Assembly (NCBI RefSeq): GCF_004010195.1
Contig: NC_057721.1
Span: 44,845,768 to 44,909,767, forward strand
DNA: 64,000 nt
Reading direction: 5' to 3'
Source of the DNA: Chiloscyllium plagiosum
Taxonomy: Eukaryota
In this document: positions 13,271-26,184 of the stretch, one piece after another
How positions within the stretch are numbered: the first letter of the stretch is position 1
How the letters are laid out: each line of letters opens with the position of its first letter
The notes under the pieces: model-generated
Database searches by the model: none
What the model was told of the DNA's origin: nothing
What the model saw: only the letters and a program-made list of their open reading frames with translations
Made by a program: the position numbers and the translations under genes

Positions 13271-14326
13271 TCCACACTGGGAAGAAGATTTTAGTTTAAA
13301 TACCCTCATTTTCAGCTGGATGCAATTGAAGCAGTGCGGTTTTACTGAGTATTACTGTCATAAGGGCAGAAAACTGCTTATACTCATGCATATTTAATCA
13401 GTTTTGCCTTAAAGTACATGTGTATATATGTATGTGTACACTTGCCTGATTAAACATTGTCATGATGCCCCCTTTAGTCAACAATATCTTACTTAATTCT
13501 AATGCCTAAACTAATACCTCAAGAAAACTCACATGACATTTACTGTGATTTTTTTTACTATATTTAGATGCAAGTAAATGTCTCCAGGAGTAGTAGAACA
13601 AAAGCTGACTTTTGAAAATTACAGAACTACAAAATGTTGGTTTGTTTATGGTCAAATGTCAACAGTCTTCTTATGGAAATTGAGCCATTAAATAGGCAGG
13701 GCATCAATCTCAGGTATCACTGTGGAAGTACCAATGTGAAACAACATTGTCATTTACCTCAATCATGTGGGGAGCCAAATAAAACAGACTTTTTGAAATC
13801 TAGGATTCATCATTTTACATCCAGAGATAATTATTTGAGAGACTGAGATTCAATCCAAAATGCTAATGCCATTGTTTTCACAGCTGAACACAATTATTTC
13901 AGCTGTTGGTGGATTTCTATCTTTACAATGCTAATGTTTGCTGATTGAAGGTCAGGAATGAATAAGTGACTGTTCTGGAAAAATACGCACCTTTCTCTAT
14001 TTACTCCATCCTATCTCACATTTGTATTTCCTCAAATTGTTGAAAATTGAATTAAAAGTCAATAGGCTGGGTCTTGTTTCAACTTTCAATATGAACTTCA
14101 TAATATAATAAAAAGCATATTAATTTTCCCAATCAGATTTGGTGGTTAATACCAATAGTTCCTGGACAACCTCATCCTGGAAAGTTTGCAATTTATGCGT
14201 GTTTCTTGTCGATGCTAATTAAAACCTAGATTAGACATTGAACTTAATTCACTTGCAGCTAAATCACCAAAATAGCAGTCATCTCAAAAAAATTGTTCAC
14301 ACTCATCAATCATATGACTTAATTGG

Positions 14327-14493
14327 CTTTAGAGAATGTAGGGACTGCAGATGTTGGAGATCAGAGCCAAGATTGTGGTGCTGGAAAAGAACAGCAGGTC
14401 AGTCAGCAGAAACGTATGCCCGAAATGTCGACTCTCTTGCTCCTCAGATGCTGCCTGATCTGCTGTGCTTTTCCAGGACCACACTCTCGACTC
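14327..14493. mobile_element. Inverted Penelope 3'-end mini-element
   Basis: Inverted gtggtgctggaaaag / cttttccaggaccac arms, flanked by the near-direct repeat tgacttaattggc / tgacttcattggc. Confidence 0.75.
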
Positions 14494-14568
14494 TGACTTC
14501 ATTGGCGAAAGAGCATGAAAAGTAGTTGCATAACCAAGGACTTTCTCTCTGGTGAGAGATGTTCTCTC

Positions 14569-14604
14569 ATTCCTGATGAAGGGCTTTTGCCCGAAACGTC
14601 GATT
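14569..14604 (+). ncRNA. Minimal hammerhead ribozyme motif (same family)
   Basis: Identical to the 5894-5929 motif, at the head of a ~135-bp Penelope 3'-end copy. Confidence 0.75.
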
Positions 14605-15959
14605 TTCCTGCTCCTCGGATGCTGCCTGAGCTGCTGTGCTTTTCCAGCACCACTCTAATCTAGACTCTGATCTCCAGCATCTGCAGTCCTCACTTGCGCC
14701 CGAGAGTTATTCTGCCAGTCAACCAGCAGGATGTTCAAAGCTCCATATCAAGGATGCTTACCAATATGACCTGAAGCTTCTAGAATATTGAACCTAGGAA
14801 TCACTAGCTGACAATAGTGGAAAATGGCAATAGCTTCTGTAAGGTGTTGTGATGACCAATGGTTATTACAGCAGTTTGACATCAGACACTAATATTGCAA
14901 AACAACTTCCGATAATATTCAGTTGTGTAATGTGAGACAGGATTCTTAAGAATTGACTTCTTCAGCGATCAGCAAAGGTATGAGCACCCTGAAAAATGAA
15001 TTTGCTTCCTGTACGTTCATCATCTTCCATAGATGGAAGGCTGTCAATGAGAATTTATTCATGGATTATTGTGCTAATGATGGAAGTGATACACTTAGCA
15101 GAGCAATAGTTCAACAAATGTTGCCTTCAGTGTTATCTAAAGGCATGCCATAGAATTAGGGATTTTACTCTTGGCAGTCAAATCTCATTGAAATCAAATC
15201 AAAGATTGCATGATTTTGAAGAAACTTAGCCTAAAAAAAATCTAGATTTTGTTGATTCAACTTTGTAGACCCTGTCTCGAAGATATGCAGCAAAAAATAG
15301 TTTCTGGTTGGGGAAAAGACAGAACAAAAGATAGCCTGCATCTCCTTGGGATAAAGTTACAATAGAGTAGTGGTACCTTCTCATGTACAGTTTCCATGTG
15401 GAAAAAAATAAACCTTCCTGAAGAAAGTTAGCCAAGGCAAAACATTGTTGTATTGACTTAATGAAGTGGAGCATATGAGGAACAAATACCTTTGTCTTAA
15501 CCTTTTACTCATGGAATATGGGCATATTTCAATGTTCATCTCCATCATATATCCGCAACCAATGAGGAAAGGGAAAATAGACAGACTGTGTAGCTAGGAT
15601 ATTATCCTCTATATCCATTTTTTCTTGCTGCATTCCCTACATACCCAGGCAGAAACAAGATCGAATCAAACTGTATGTCAATTTTCATTAAGTTTGATCT
15701 AATTAAGCAAGTGAGGACTTAAATTATATTCTATTTGATTATGGGTATATGTAAAAATACTTTCTCAAAAAGGAAGAATGTCTATATGGCCCAGTCAAGG
15801 CAAGGTCAATGATTTATGGTTTTATTTCTGTTTATATGGCCCAAGCTAATGTACACACAGGGTAACAAATGTGAAAATACTTTGCGATAAGGACCTTTTA
15901 CTGAAGGATACCAATCACAGAGTACAAATTTGACTGAATGCATTGCTTTTATTGAGTAC

Positions 15960-16034
15960 CATTTCTTTTGTGCATATCTTGATAAACTTAAATTCTGTGA
16001 AGCCTGAGAAACTGTCTCATATATCCGATTTGGT
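15960..16034 (-). pseudogene. Putative cytoplasmic exon 1 with a tyrosine motif
   Basis: ttaattacaag|A CCA AAT CGG ATA TAT GAG ACA GTT... = (R)PNRIYETVSQASQNLSLSRYAQKK, 75 nt, phase 2/2. The donor (gtactc) is weak and splicing it to 11765 would create TGA, so the 3' boundary is uncertain. Confidence 0.4.
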
Positions 16035-16759
16035 CTTGTAATTAACAAATATAAGTTAACCTTTTAAATTGGCCCTGTCAATTCGGACTATAATCGCAAT
16101 TAAGGACTCTTATAGCCCCTACTTCTGAGCCAGGAGGCTTTGGTTCAAGTCCCACCTGCTTCAGAGGTGTGCAATAAAATTTCTGAACAGGTTAATTAGG
16201 ATACACATATGATTGCAATTGACACACTTTACAATTAAAGTAAATCTTAAATCTTAGATAAAGACAAAAGATATTCTGCTTCCTTTGTGTTCCCAGTGCA
16301 TCATATTCACAAATAATTTAATTAAAGCTGACAATATTTTATAACAGCTTCAGTTTAGTGCAGCACAGATCACGTAAAGTCAAGGAATATATCAAAACAT
16401 CTACTTGTTACACATTTTGATTTTTCCATAATTTGGTCATCAACATCTTTGCCATGAACTGATGAATCTGTAAATATATCAATATGAAAACAGTCTTATA
16501 GTAAAATATAGTTGTATGTATAAATGAAATCCAACTATAAAAATAGTCTATTACAATGAAATCATGCTCCATTTGGACAATCACTAAGGGTAAGAAATGT
16601 ATATGTCATATGCACTTGCATGAAAAGGAAGAATATCCACATTACCCAGGTCAGTGTAAGGAGAAGAATTTATAGTTTTATAACTATAACACACAGGCTA
16701 ACAAATGTGAAAAGGCAACAAAATGAAGAGCATTTACCAAGGACACTGATAACAGGCAG

Positions 16760-19700
16760 CAAAAAAACACATAAATCCTATCTCTGTTTCCATCCAAGGA
16801 GCCTGGCTTTGGTTTCCCCCAACCGTTTGGAATGTACACATTCTGTGCTTGACACATTGTCACTAGAAAGATGACCCATTGTTCTGATATAGATTCTCCA
16901 TCAGCCTTAGCTTCATTCTTCTGGAAAGATCCCAATGCATTTCAATGAAGGTAGCCCTCTTTCACGTTAGACATTTTCTTACTCTTTTAAATCTTACAGT
17001 TTGAGGATCAAATATAGTCAAATTTTGATCTAGCATTATTCATTTGATATTTGGATGATTAAACTTCCCAAAATCACCACAATTAGTTCTTGCATATTGA
17101 CTGAAAGTCGACAGAAAATTTCCAAGAATGTGAGTATACCTTTCCACTTCCTCAACTCAATGCAAATAGATTCTGTCCTGTTCCTTCAAGGAAACCCTCT
17201 GTCTCCAAGACTAAGATGTCTTCCTGAACCAGTGCCATTGCCTTGCCTCCCTTTCATATATTTTTGAACACTCTTTCTCCTTGAATATTTTGTAGCCAGT
17301 CCTCACAGTTTATAAGCCATGTTTGTTATTGCCAATACATCAAATTCTCACACAGCTTGTGCTTGTAGCTCGTCAATGTTATTGACTAGACTTTGTCTTT
17401 TTAAGTGTGTGCATTCAAAATGTCATTGTATTCCTTGTAGTCCTTCTTAGTCATCTCCTATTCAACATGGGAGCACTTCCTCTCTGGTTCTATGCATCAT
17501 TCTCAGTGAATGTACCTTATGTTGTTCTGCCACTTCTGCATGCTGCTGCCCATTTCCCTGTGAGTTTAATTTAAATCTTCCACAGCCACTGTCATGTGTT
17601 TCTCTGAGAACATTGATCCAGGTACTGGTGAGGTGTGAGCTGCAACTTATTGAAATGGATCTTGTATTTACCCTGTGGCAGATGTTAGACCAATGGGCCT
17701 GTACTCTCTTATTTTCTTTCTCCTTCCTTTCTTGCCAGAGAAGTTTTGTTGACTATTTTTCCAATCTGTTAAGACCTTTCCAGAATCCAGCAAACTTTAC
17801 AAATTAGAATCAATACATCAATTATTTCATCAGCTACTCATTTACCGACCATACCATTCATCACTTCTCATCTTTCAGTTCCGATCGTTTTCTCAGTACC
17901 TTTTTCTTCGTGAACATAATTTCATTTCAACAATTGCATAATTGTTTTAAGTACCTCCCTCTCTTTCAGTTCCTGGTTTTTAAGATGCTATTTGTGTCTT
18001 CTACATTGATTACTTACATAAAATGTTATTTCACACTTCCAATCATTCTTTAGTTCCCACTAATTCCTCATTCTCAACCTCCCAGTGGAACAATGCTTGC
18101 TTTCCTCTTTTCCTTTTCAAATGCTGATAGAAATCTTACAATTTGTTTCTATTTTTCTACTTAGCTTTCTCTCATATTCTAATTTCTCCCATATATTTTA
18201 GTTGTTGTTTGTTTTAGAATTTTATCTCATCTTAGACCATAAAATCATATGCTGGCCTTCATAGTGAGAGGATTTGAGTATATGAGGAAGGATGTCTTGC
18301 TGCAGTTATACAGGGCCTCAGTGAGGCCATGCGTTGAGCATTGTGTGCAGTTTTGGTCCCCTGGTCTTAGGAGGGACATGCTTGCTGTTGAGAGTCCAAC
18401 AAATGGTTCTCAAGACCGATTCCTGGGATGGCAGGACTGACATATGAAGAAGGATTGGATCGACTGGACTTATGCTCGCTGGAATTTAGAAGAATCAGAG
18501 GGCATCTCATAGAAACATATAAAATACTGATGGGACTGGACAGGCTAGATGTGGGAAGAATGTTCCTGATGTTGGGGAAGTCCAGAAGTAGGAGTCACAG
18601 TCTAAGAATAAGGGGTAAGCCATTCAGGATTGAGATGAGGAAGAATATCTTCACTCAGAGAGTTGTGATCCTGTGGAATTTCCTACCATAGAAGGCTGTT
18701 GGGGCCAGTGTATTAGATATTTTCAAGAGGCCCTTGTGGATAAAGGGATCAAAGGGTATGGAGAGAAAGCAGAAATGGGAAACTGAGATTGCATGATCAG
18801 CCATGATCATATTGAATGGTGCTGCAGGGTCGAAGGGCCGAATGGTTGACCCCTGCTCATGTTTTCAATGTTTCTGTGTTTCTATAAGACATAGGTGCAG
18901 GAGTAGGCCATTCAGCCCATTCTATCATTCAACGAGATCACAACTAGTCTGATAATCAAATCCACTATCCTATCTTTCCCCTACAACCCTCAATTCCCTT
19001 ACTAATTAAAAATCTGCCTGTCTCAGTCTTGAATATATTTAGCAACATAGCCTCAACATCCTTCTGTAGCAAATAATTCTATAGTTACACTATTCTCTGA
19101 AGGAAGAAATTGCTCCTCATCTCTGCTTAACTGTATGGTCCTTTATTCTGAGGTTATGCTTTCTGGTCCTACACTCTCCCACAAGGCAAAACAACCTTTT
19201 TTGCATCTACCCTGTTAAGTCTTCTAAGAATCTTGAATGTTTCAATAATGTCAATCTGATTCTTCTATATTCCAGTGGGTACTGGTCCAAACTACTCAGC
19301 CTTGCTTCATAAGACAATCCCTCCATACTTGATATCAGCCTAGTGAAACTTCTCTGAACTGCCCCTAATACCAGTATGTCTTAGATAAGGGACCCAAAAC
19401 TGTTCACAGTATTTCATCTGTGGACTGATGAGTGCGTTGTATCCTTTTAGCAAATCCTCCCTACTTTTATTCCCCATCCCCTTTTACTGGCTGACTGAAT
19501 GCTTTCTTTGTTTTGTAGACGATGACCCTCAAAACCATCTGTTCCATGGCTTTCTACAGTTTTTGTCCATTTAAATATTATTCAGCTCCTCTATTCTTCC
19601 CACCAAAAGGGGATAACCTCACATTTCCCATATTACATTTCATTAATCAACTTTTTCGCCCACTCGCCTATCCGGTCTATGTCCCTCTGAAGACTCTGTG

Positions 19701-20780
19701 TCATCCTCACCACTTGCCTTCCCAACTATATTTGTGTCTCAAGCAAACTTGGCTTTAGTCCAATCACTTTCTTCATCCAAAGCACTAACATGTATTGTAA
19801 ATAATTCTGGACCTAACACTAATCTTTGTAGAATAGTGCACTTTTTCCTTCAAGTTAACACTATCTTGAACTTCCTTAGCTATCCACAGATTGTGCATTC
19901 CTCTCCTAGATTCTCTCTTACTAGAATGTATCTTTGCTAATAATGATGAAATTATCTCATTAAATGTCTGCCACTGCATGTCTATTGTCCTATTCCATAA
20001 CATTATTTCTCAACTCACTTTGGGTAGTACTGCGTTCATACCCTTATCAATGACCTTTATTTAAGTTTCAAACATTAATCTTCAACCCACTCTTCTCCTC
20101 CTCAAAATGAAGGCAAAATATGATCATGTTTTGACTTTGTTTTCCTGGAGCCTTCTTCACGATGAGAACAGTCTTGTCATTCCACCTTATGAGTTCTGGA
20201 ATGACATCTCTCTCTAGTTGACTGTAGAAGATTTAAGAATCTGTCCTGAAAACATTACATGAACAGATTCCATGCTACCTTTGTAATTTAAATCATCTTT
20301 GATTTATCTCCATATCCTTTGCAAAATTCCCCATTATTTATTCCTGTATATTCTAACAGTTTAGTTACCATGTGCAGACCTACAAATACTCCCACAAGGC
20401 ACATCTTACATTTACTGTCTATTATTTCTGCCAAAACTGCACCTTGATCTTTAGTACAAATGTTATCTTTTACTGTGTACTAAATTCGTTTTTAATTAAC
20501 ACAGCTACCTCAACACCTTTTCCAAGCTTCCTATCCTTTTGAAGTATCATGAAGCTTTTAATATATAGGTCCTAGTCTTGCTCATGCTGTGGTCGTATCT
20601 CTGTAATAGCTATCAAGTCATACATATTTATTCCTATATGACATAACAATTCATCCATTTTGTTACGAATGCATTCAGATACCATTGTTTTTACTATTAT
20701 TTGTTGATGCAATCTGAAATTTTAAGCTCTATCCCTTCCTGCCTCACTGATTATCATTACCCATGTTGGTACCTCGTACT
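16760..20780. mobile_element. Nest of old CR1 fragments with a younger plus-strand CR1 3' end at about 18240-18885
   Basis: MLAFIVRGFEY...LLQLYRASVRP and GLTYEEGLDRL...LIETYKIL on plus; decayed endonuclease/RT pieces on minus. Confidence 0.75.
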
Positions 20781-20787
20781 ATTGCCT

Positions 20788-22570
20788 TAGAACATAGACG
20801 TGTACAACACAGGAACGGACCCTTCAGCCCATGATGTTGTGCCAAATATGACTCCAAATCAAACCAATTCCTTTTGCCTATCTTTGGTCCATGTCCCTTG
20901 CATAATCATGTATTTATCTAAAAGACCCTTAAATGTCCATAACGTGTCTGTGTCCACCACCCTTGGCAGGGCGTTCCACACTCCTACCACTCTCTGTGCA
21001 AAATCTTGACCCTCATATCTCCTTTGAACCTACCCCCCCTCACCTTAAATGCATGCCCCCTTGTATTAGATATTTAAACTCTGAAAAAAAGTTTCTGACA
21101 ATGAACCCTATCTATGCATTCCATAATTTTATAGACTTCTATCAAGTCTCCACTCAGCCTCCACCCCTCCAGAGAAAACAACCTGCGTTTTTCTAGCCTC
21201 TCCTTATAACTCATACCCTCTAATCCAGGCAGTATCCTAGTAAACCTCTTCTGCACCCTCTACACAATCTCCACATCCTTCTTGTAATGTGGCAACCAGA
21301 ATTGAACAACTGAATTACTCCAAGTGTGACCTAACCAACATCTTATAAAGCTGCAACATGACATCCTGACTCTTGTATCAATTCCCCAACCAATAAAGGC
21401 AAGCATGCCATACACCTTCTTTACCATCCTATCTACTCACGTGGCCACTTTCAGGGCTTGAACCCCAAGACTGTTCTGTACATCAATACTGTTCGGAGTC
21501 CTGACATTAACTGTATACTTTTCCTTAACATTTGACCTCCCAAAGTGTAGCCTATTACACTTACCCAAGTTAAATTCCACCTGCTATTTCTCTGCCCATT
21601 TTTACAACTGATCTATATCCTGCCTTATCCTTTGACAACCTTCTACATTATTCATAACTACACTGATCTTTGTCTCATTTGCAAACTTACTAACCCACCC
21701 ATCTACATTTTCATCCAAGTAATTTAAACCCATCACAAACAGCAGAGGTGCCAGTATGGATCCCTGCGAAACACCCCTGTTATGGACTAGGTCATTCTTA
21801 AGCAGGCAGCCCAGACCGCAACTTTGCTATTTGTTTTGGTAAGGGTACAGTGAAAATTATCCAGAGTAGGTTAGCTAGGTTGACTACCAGATTTTAAAAA
21901 CAGACAAAAATTTATTCACAAAATTACATAATGAAACACAAAGAAATGAAACGGAAAGAACAACATAGAATACTCACAGAACTCAGTCTGTCCAAAATAG
22001 ACTTAATTATACTGTTCTGAAAATATACAACAGTCCCAAGAAACAAACCCCTTAATCACAGAGTAAAAATGAAACAGAGGCTTACAGGTCAAAGTTAGAA
22101 GGGCAGAGGAGGGAGAAAGAGGTTTCTGGCCTTCTTCCATACAGCTTCTGCTGCAACTGACTAAAACAAGAATTCAGCTTTCAGGACTGACCACTCTCCT
22201 TTCATTATACAGGTTACTTCTAAAACATAAAAGCCTTAGCCTAAAGTCTCATCTGTTTGCATACAAACAGAAAGCCTCTCAGTAAACACTTTGATCTCTG
22301 TACCACTTCAGCCTATTCTGAGCCTGGGCTGTTTTATGACCCGTCTGATAAAAATCAAGGACACAATATCCTTGAGAAAAAGGACCAGCTTTGTGACACA
22401 ACTAGGCACGGACCTTCAGCAAGAAAAACACCCTTCCATCACTACCTTCTGCCTTCTATGGCCAATTCCCCATTCTGAATTCATGTGGCCAAGTCAGCGT
22501 GCATCCCAGTCATCCTAATCTTCTGGATGAGCTTACCATGAGAGACCTTGTCGAAAGCCTCGCTAAAGCC
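20788..22570 (-). mobile_element. CR1 LINE 3' portion (contains a solo LTR)
   Basis: QKRFTRILPGLEGMSYKERL...GDLIEVYKIM. Confidence 0.85.
21778..22398 (-). mobile_element. Solo LTR in a CR1
   Basis: TGT...ACA termini. Reverse-complement homologue of 37416-38049. Confidence 0.85.
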
Positions 22571-23465
22571 TTGTCCTTTCCCTTATATTTACCACATCTC
22601 CCACCATTTGATCTGTCTTCCCCCCCCCCCCCCCCACTATTTGGCTCCACTGCTCCAGTTATACAACTCATCACTTGTAATAGTCTTAATGCTGACCTGC
22701 ATTTTCAATTTTTCCCTACTCTTTCAGATGGCTAACTATCTGTAATCCTGAACTCTTACTGTCTGTGGAATATGAATTTTTCTAATAGTTATTTTTATTA
22801 GAATTATGTCATGCAGCATTTATACATTGTTTTCAATGCAATGCATTTAGTTCAGCCAAAAAAGAAGATTGCATTCTATTCCAAATACTTTTTCCATTCT
22901 TCAGTTTATGGCATTCACTCCTAATGATCCAAAGACAAAATGGTACAATAAGGAGAAGACTCATTAGACCAAAGTATTAATAACTGGAAAAATCTTCAAA
23001 TTGCAACTGGAACATCAATCAAACCATTAGTAATAATTCATTATATGTGATCAAGAATTGATACATTACGTTCAATAATTTAAAATTCAGATCTTCAGAT
23101 ATATTCTTTAAACTGCATATTAAATCTGAAATATATTTACTCACTGTCACTGGAATTTTTTAATTGACTTGTTGTGTGAAATGTATGAGTAGAACACCAT
23201 GAAAGACTAATATTAAAAATACTTCAATTTGTGTAATTGAACTTTATATGCATTATCCTATTTCTACTAAAATTTTCCAAACAAGTGCAGTAGCTATTTA
23301 ATGGTTGAAGGACTAATTCCACGCCATCATTGAGGCTTTATCATAATGGTTATATTATTCATGAGTGGTTTTGTCACTGCCTGAAGGGAAGTCACACCTC
23401 ACTGTATCGGCGTATTGAATCGCGTTACTGAGATATATAGTATTACCACTTTCAATCGAATATCA

Positions 23466-24499
23466 TCCTTTAACTATATTGCAAAAATAGCTGGGCACAA
23501 CACCCTAAGAGATAACCTTAAAATATTTTCAGTTTGCACCAAATAACTACAGATATTTAAAAATAACTTCAAAACCTAAGCCATCCTGCTGTGTTTCTAT
23601 TCTCTGAATCCTTTATGTTCAGTAACAAGTTCACTACAGCCAGATAGTGATAAGCAAATTATCCATGTACATTTAAATGCAGAAAACCAATGTACTGCCA
23701 GCCTCTTACTGAACTCACACCTCCATTTTTGCTGCAGTTACAAAGGCTTGAAATGGGCAATGTAACTTGAACTCCTTACTCAAATTACTGGCGATTGGAA
23801 AGTTAATTTATAATGTGCCTTCATGATTGTCCTTCCCTCATCCAACACGTTTGTCTAAATTCAGGTGTCCTGTCATTAATGGTACCTTTCAAAAATGATG
23901 TGTGTTATTTCTGGTTTACAATGCATACATGATGGCTATCAATGTTGCAAGCTGACGGTTATTATTATAAATTGCCAGTTCTGGTTCAAAAAGAAAACAA
24001 ACCAGTTCACCTACATTGGAGATTGCCAGGGTAATTGTCATCTAATTTGAAAGTTAGAACTGGAGACTGCCAGGACCAATATTGTTGAAAATAAATCTCA
24101 TGCCTTCAGCATTCACACCTATCTTCTGCAATTTTCAAATCACCCCTGTTGCTGTATATTTGCAACTGATGGACAGAGCTACAGATTGTTATGACAAGCC
24201 ACTTCCTATCCAACACAGTCTAGCACCTTAAATTCATAAATAGGTGACACATATGTCCGACTATCATTTACCTGCTTTTCTGTTGGTCAGCCTTTTCTTT
24301 GGTCTGGCAGCATAAAATAACATTTTTTAACAAGATTGGTTTCAAACTGCATACTATGGAGACAGAAACCATTCAGGCAGCCTCCGAGAGGAAATAGTTT
24401 GCCACAGCCCATATTAATACATTTTATAATTCCTCCCTTCCAAACTCCTACTCCCAATAGGGTGTTGTGCACAGCTATTTTTGCAATATAGTTAAAGGA
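23466..24499. repeat. 42-bp inverted repeat pair (1 mismatch)
   Basis: 23466-23507 is the reverse complement of 24458-24499. Confidence 0.92.
24272..24383 (-). pseudogene. Putative transmembrane exon of the same receptor (degenerate)
   Basis: Reads (E)AA*MVSVSIVCSLKPILLKNVILCCQTKEKADQQKS(R) and ends AG|gtaaat. The 112-nt phase 1/phase 2 exon fits the V exon upstream and the exon at 16034 downstream. The acceptor reads tttcctctcgg (AG apparently mutated to GG) and there is an in-frame TGA at 24373-24375. Confidence 0.5.
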
Positions 24500-24504
24500 G
24501 CTAT

Positions 24505-24690
24505 AGTCCTGCTCTCTCATTAAAGAGATATGGCTGGTGGTAGATTAGCCTGAGGAGTCACCATGCATCATATGAGGGCAGAAGTTGTGAAAGTGGGAAT
24601 TCCTGGTAACCACAGCTGGTGTGTGAATTGAACCTGTGCTGTTGGTGTTCCTCTCCATCAGAGGCTGGCCAACTTAACTAACCAGCCCCC
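24505..24690 (-). mobile_element. Second tRNA-derived SINE family (related copies near 54260-54452 and 63105-63251)
   Basis: Three diverged copies share ctctcatta.agaga...tttaacctgagggtcaccac...gttgagaag...ctaactgacccc. A B-box-like gaattgaacc is present. Confidence 0.55.
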
Positions 24691-26184
24691 AATTGCTGAC
24701 TGCAGTGACTCACTATTAGGTGAGGACACCTCACTACTACCTTCTCAAGGGCAATTCAGGATGAACAATAAATGCTGATCAAACCAGCAAAGTCCACATC
24801 CCAAGCAATAAAACCCCAGAGAAGGCTGGAAATAATTGGCAGCATCTGCGGAGAGGGACCTCTCACTTTCCAGATAACTCTCCTTAGTGTTCTGATGAAA
24901 GGTCACCACCTGCACTGTTGGACTCCCTTTCCACAGAAGTTACCTGATCTTCATTGCCAGCATTTTCTACATTCATATCAGATTTCCAGCATTTTGGTTC
25001 TGGAGTGGTGCATTCTGTAGTCTGCTGAGCGAGGATGACACTGCTGCCTTGGTGTACACCAAAAGCACATTGTGCCACAACCAACTAGTGCCAGTCTATG
25101 GCTAGGTCTTATTACTTGTAACTTTGGTTAGATGATCAACGGGGGGTGGGGGAGTGAGGACTGCAGATGCTCAGGATGTGGCTATTCAGCTGATGATATT
25201 TTAGCCTCAGGGCTTTTGCCCAAAATGTTGATTTTCCTGCTCCTTGGATGCTACCTGACCTGCTATGCTTTTCCAGCACCACTCTAATCTTGACTCTGAT
25301 CTCCAGCATCTGCAGTACCCACTTTCACCTACTGTAGTCTCACAGTCTGACACTTCTGATCATCACAGAGACTTATTATTCAGTCTGTGGATATGCCACT
25401 CACACCATTTGTTTAATCTTTTGATCTCTCCGTGCTGTGCGCTTCTCTTCACCTGAGCAAGGGACAGCGCTCTGAAAGCTTGTGACTTCAAATAAACTGG
25501 CTGGACTATAACCTGTGTGACTTCTAACCTGTGGCTAGGCCCGGCACACTCATTCTCCAATAGTTTTAAGTTGGTCATGAATTCCCTGTTCCAAGCTTCT
25601 GCCTGATGTGCAAATCCAATGCGCTGACCCTCACTGGAATTTGGCTCATAACGGTTTTCAAAGATGCTGGCAGATCAACACAACNNNNNNNNNNNNNNNN
25701 NNNNNNNNNNNNNNNNNNNNNNNNNNNNNNNNNNNNNNNNNNNNNNNNNNNNNNNNNNNNNNNNNNNNNNNNNNNNNNNNNNNNNNNNNNNNNNNNNNNN
25801 NNNNNNNNNNNNNNNNNNNNNNNNNNNNNNNNNNNNNNNNNNNNNNNNNNNNNNNNNNNNNNNNNNNNNNNNNNNNNNNNNNNNNNNNNNNNNNNNNNNN
25901 NNNNNNNNNNNNNNNNNNNNNNNNNNNNNNNNNNNNNNNNNNNNNNNNNNNNNNNNNNNNNNNNNNNNNNNNNNNNNNNNNNNNNNNNNNNNNNNNNNNN
26001 NNNNNNNNNNNNNNNNNNNNNNNNNNNNNNNNNNNNNNNNNNNNNNNNNNNNNNNNNNNNNNNNNNNNNNNNNNNNNNNNNNNNNNNNNNNNNNNNNNNN
26101 NNNNNNNNNNNNNNNNNNNNNNNNNNNNNNNNNNNNNNNNNNNNNNNNNNNNNNNNNNNNNNNNNNNNNNNNNNNNNNNNNNNN

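Noticed and set aside
15226-15474. ORF with LSQGDAGYLLFC resembling an Ig F strand
   Set aside because: It lacks the B-strand Cys/Trp spacing and convincing splice sites.
17200-17255. Second GNGTG motif on the minus strand as another VJ exon
   Set aside because: Another frame reads ALVQEDILVLE, part of a decayed CR1 endonuclease, and there is no upstream YxC.
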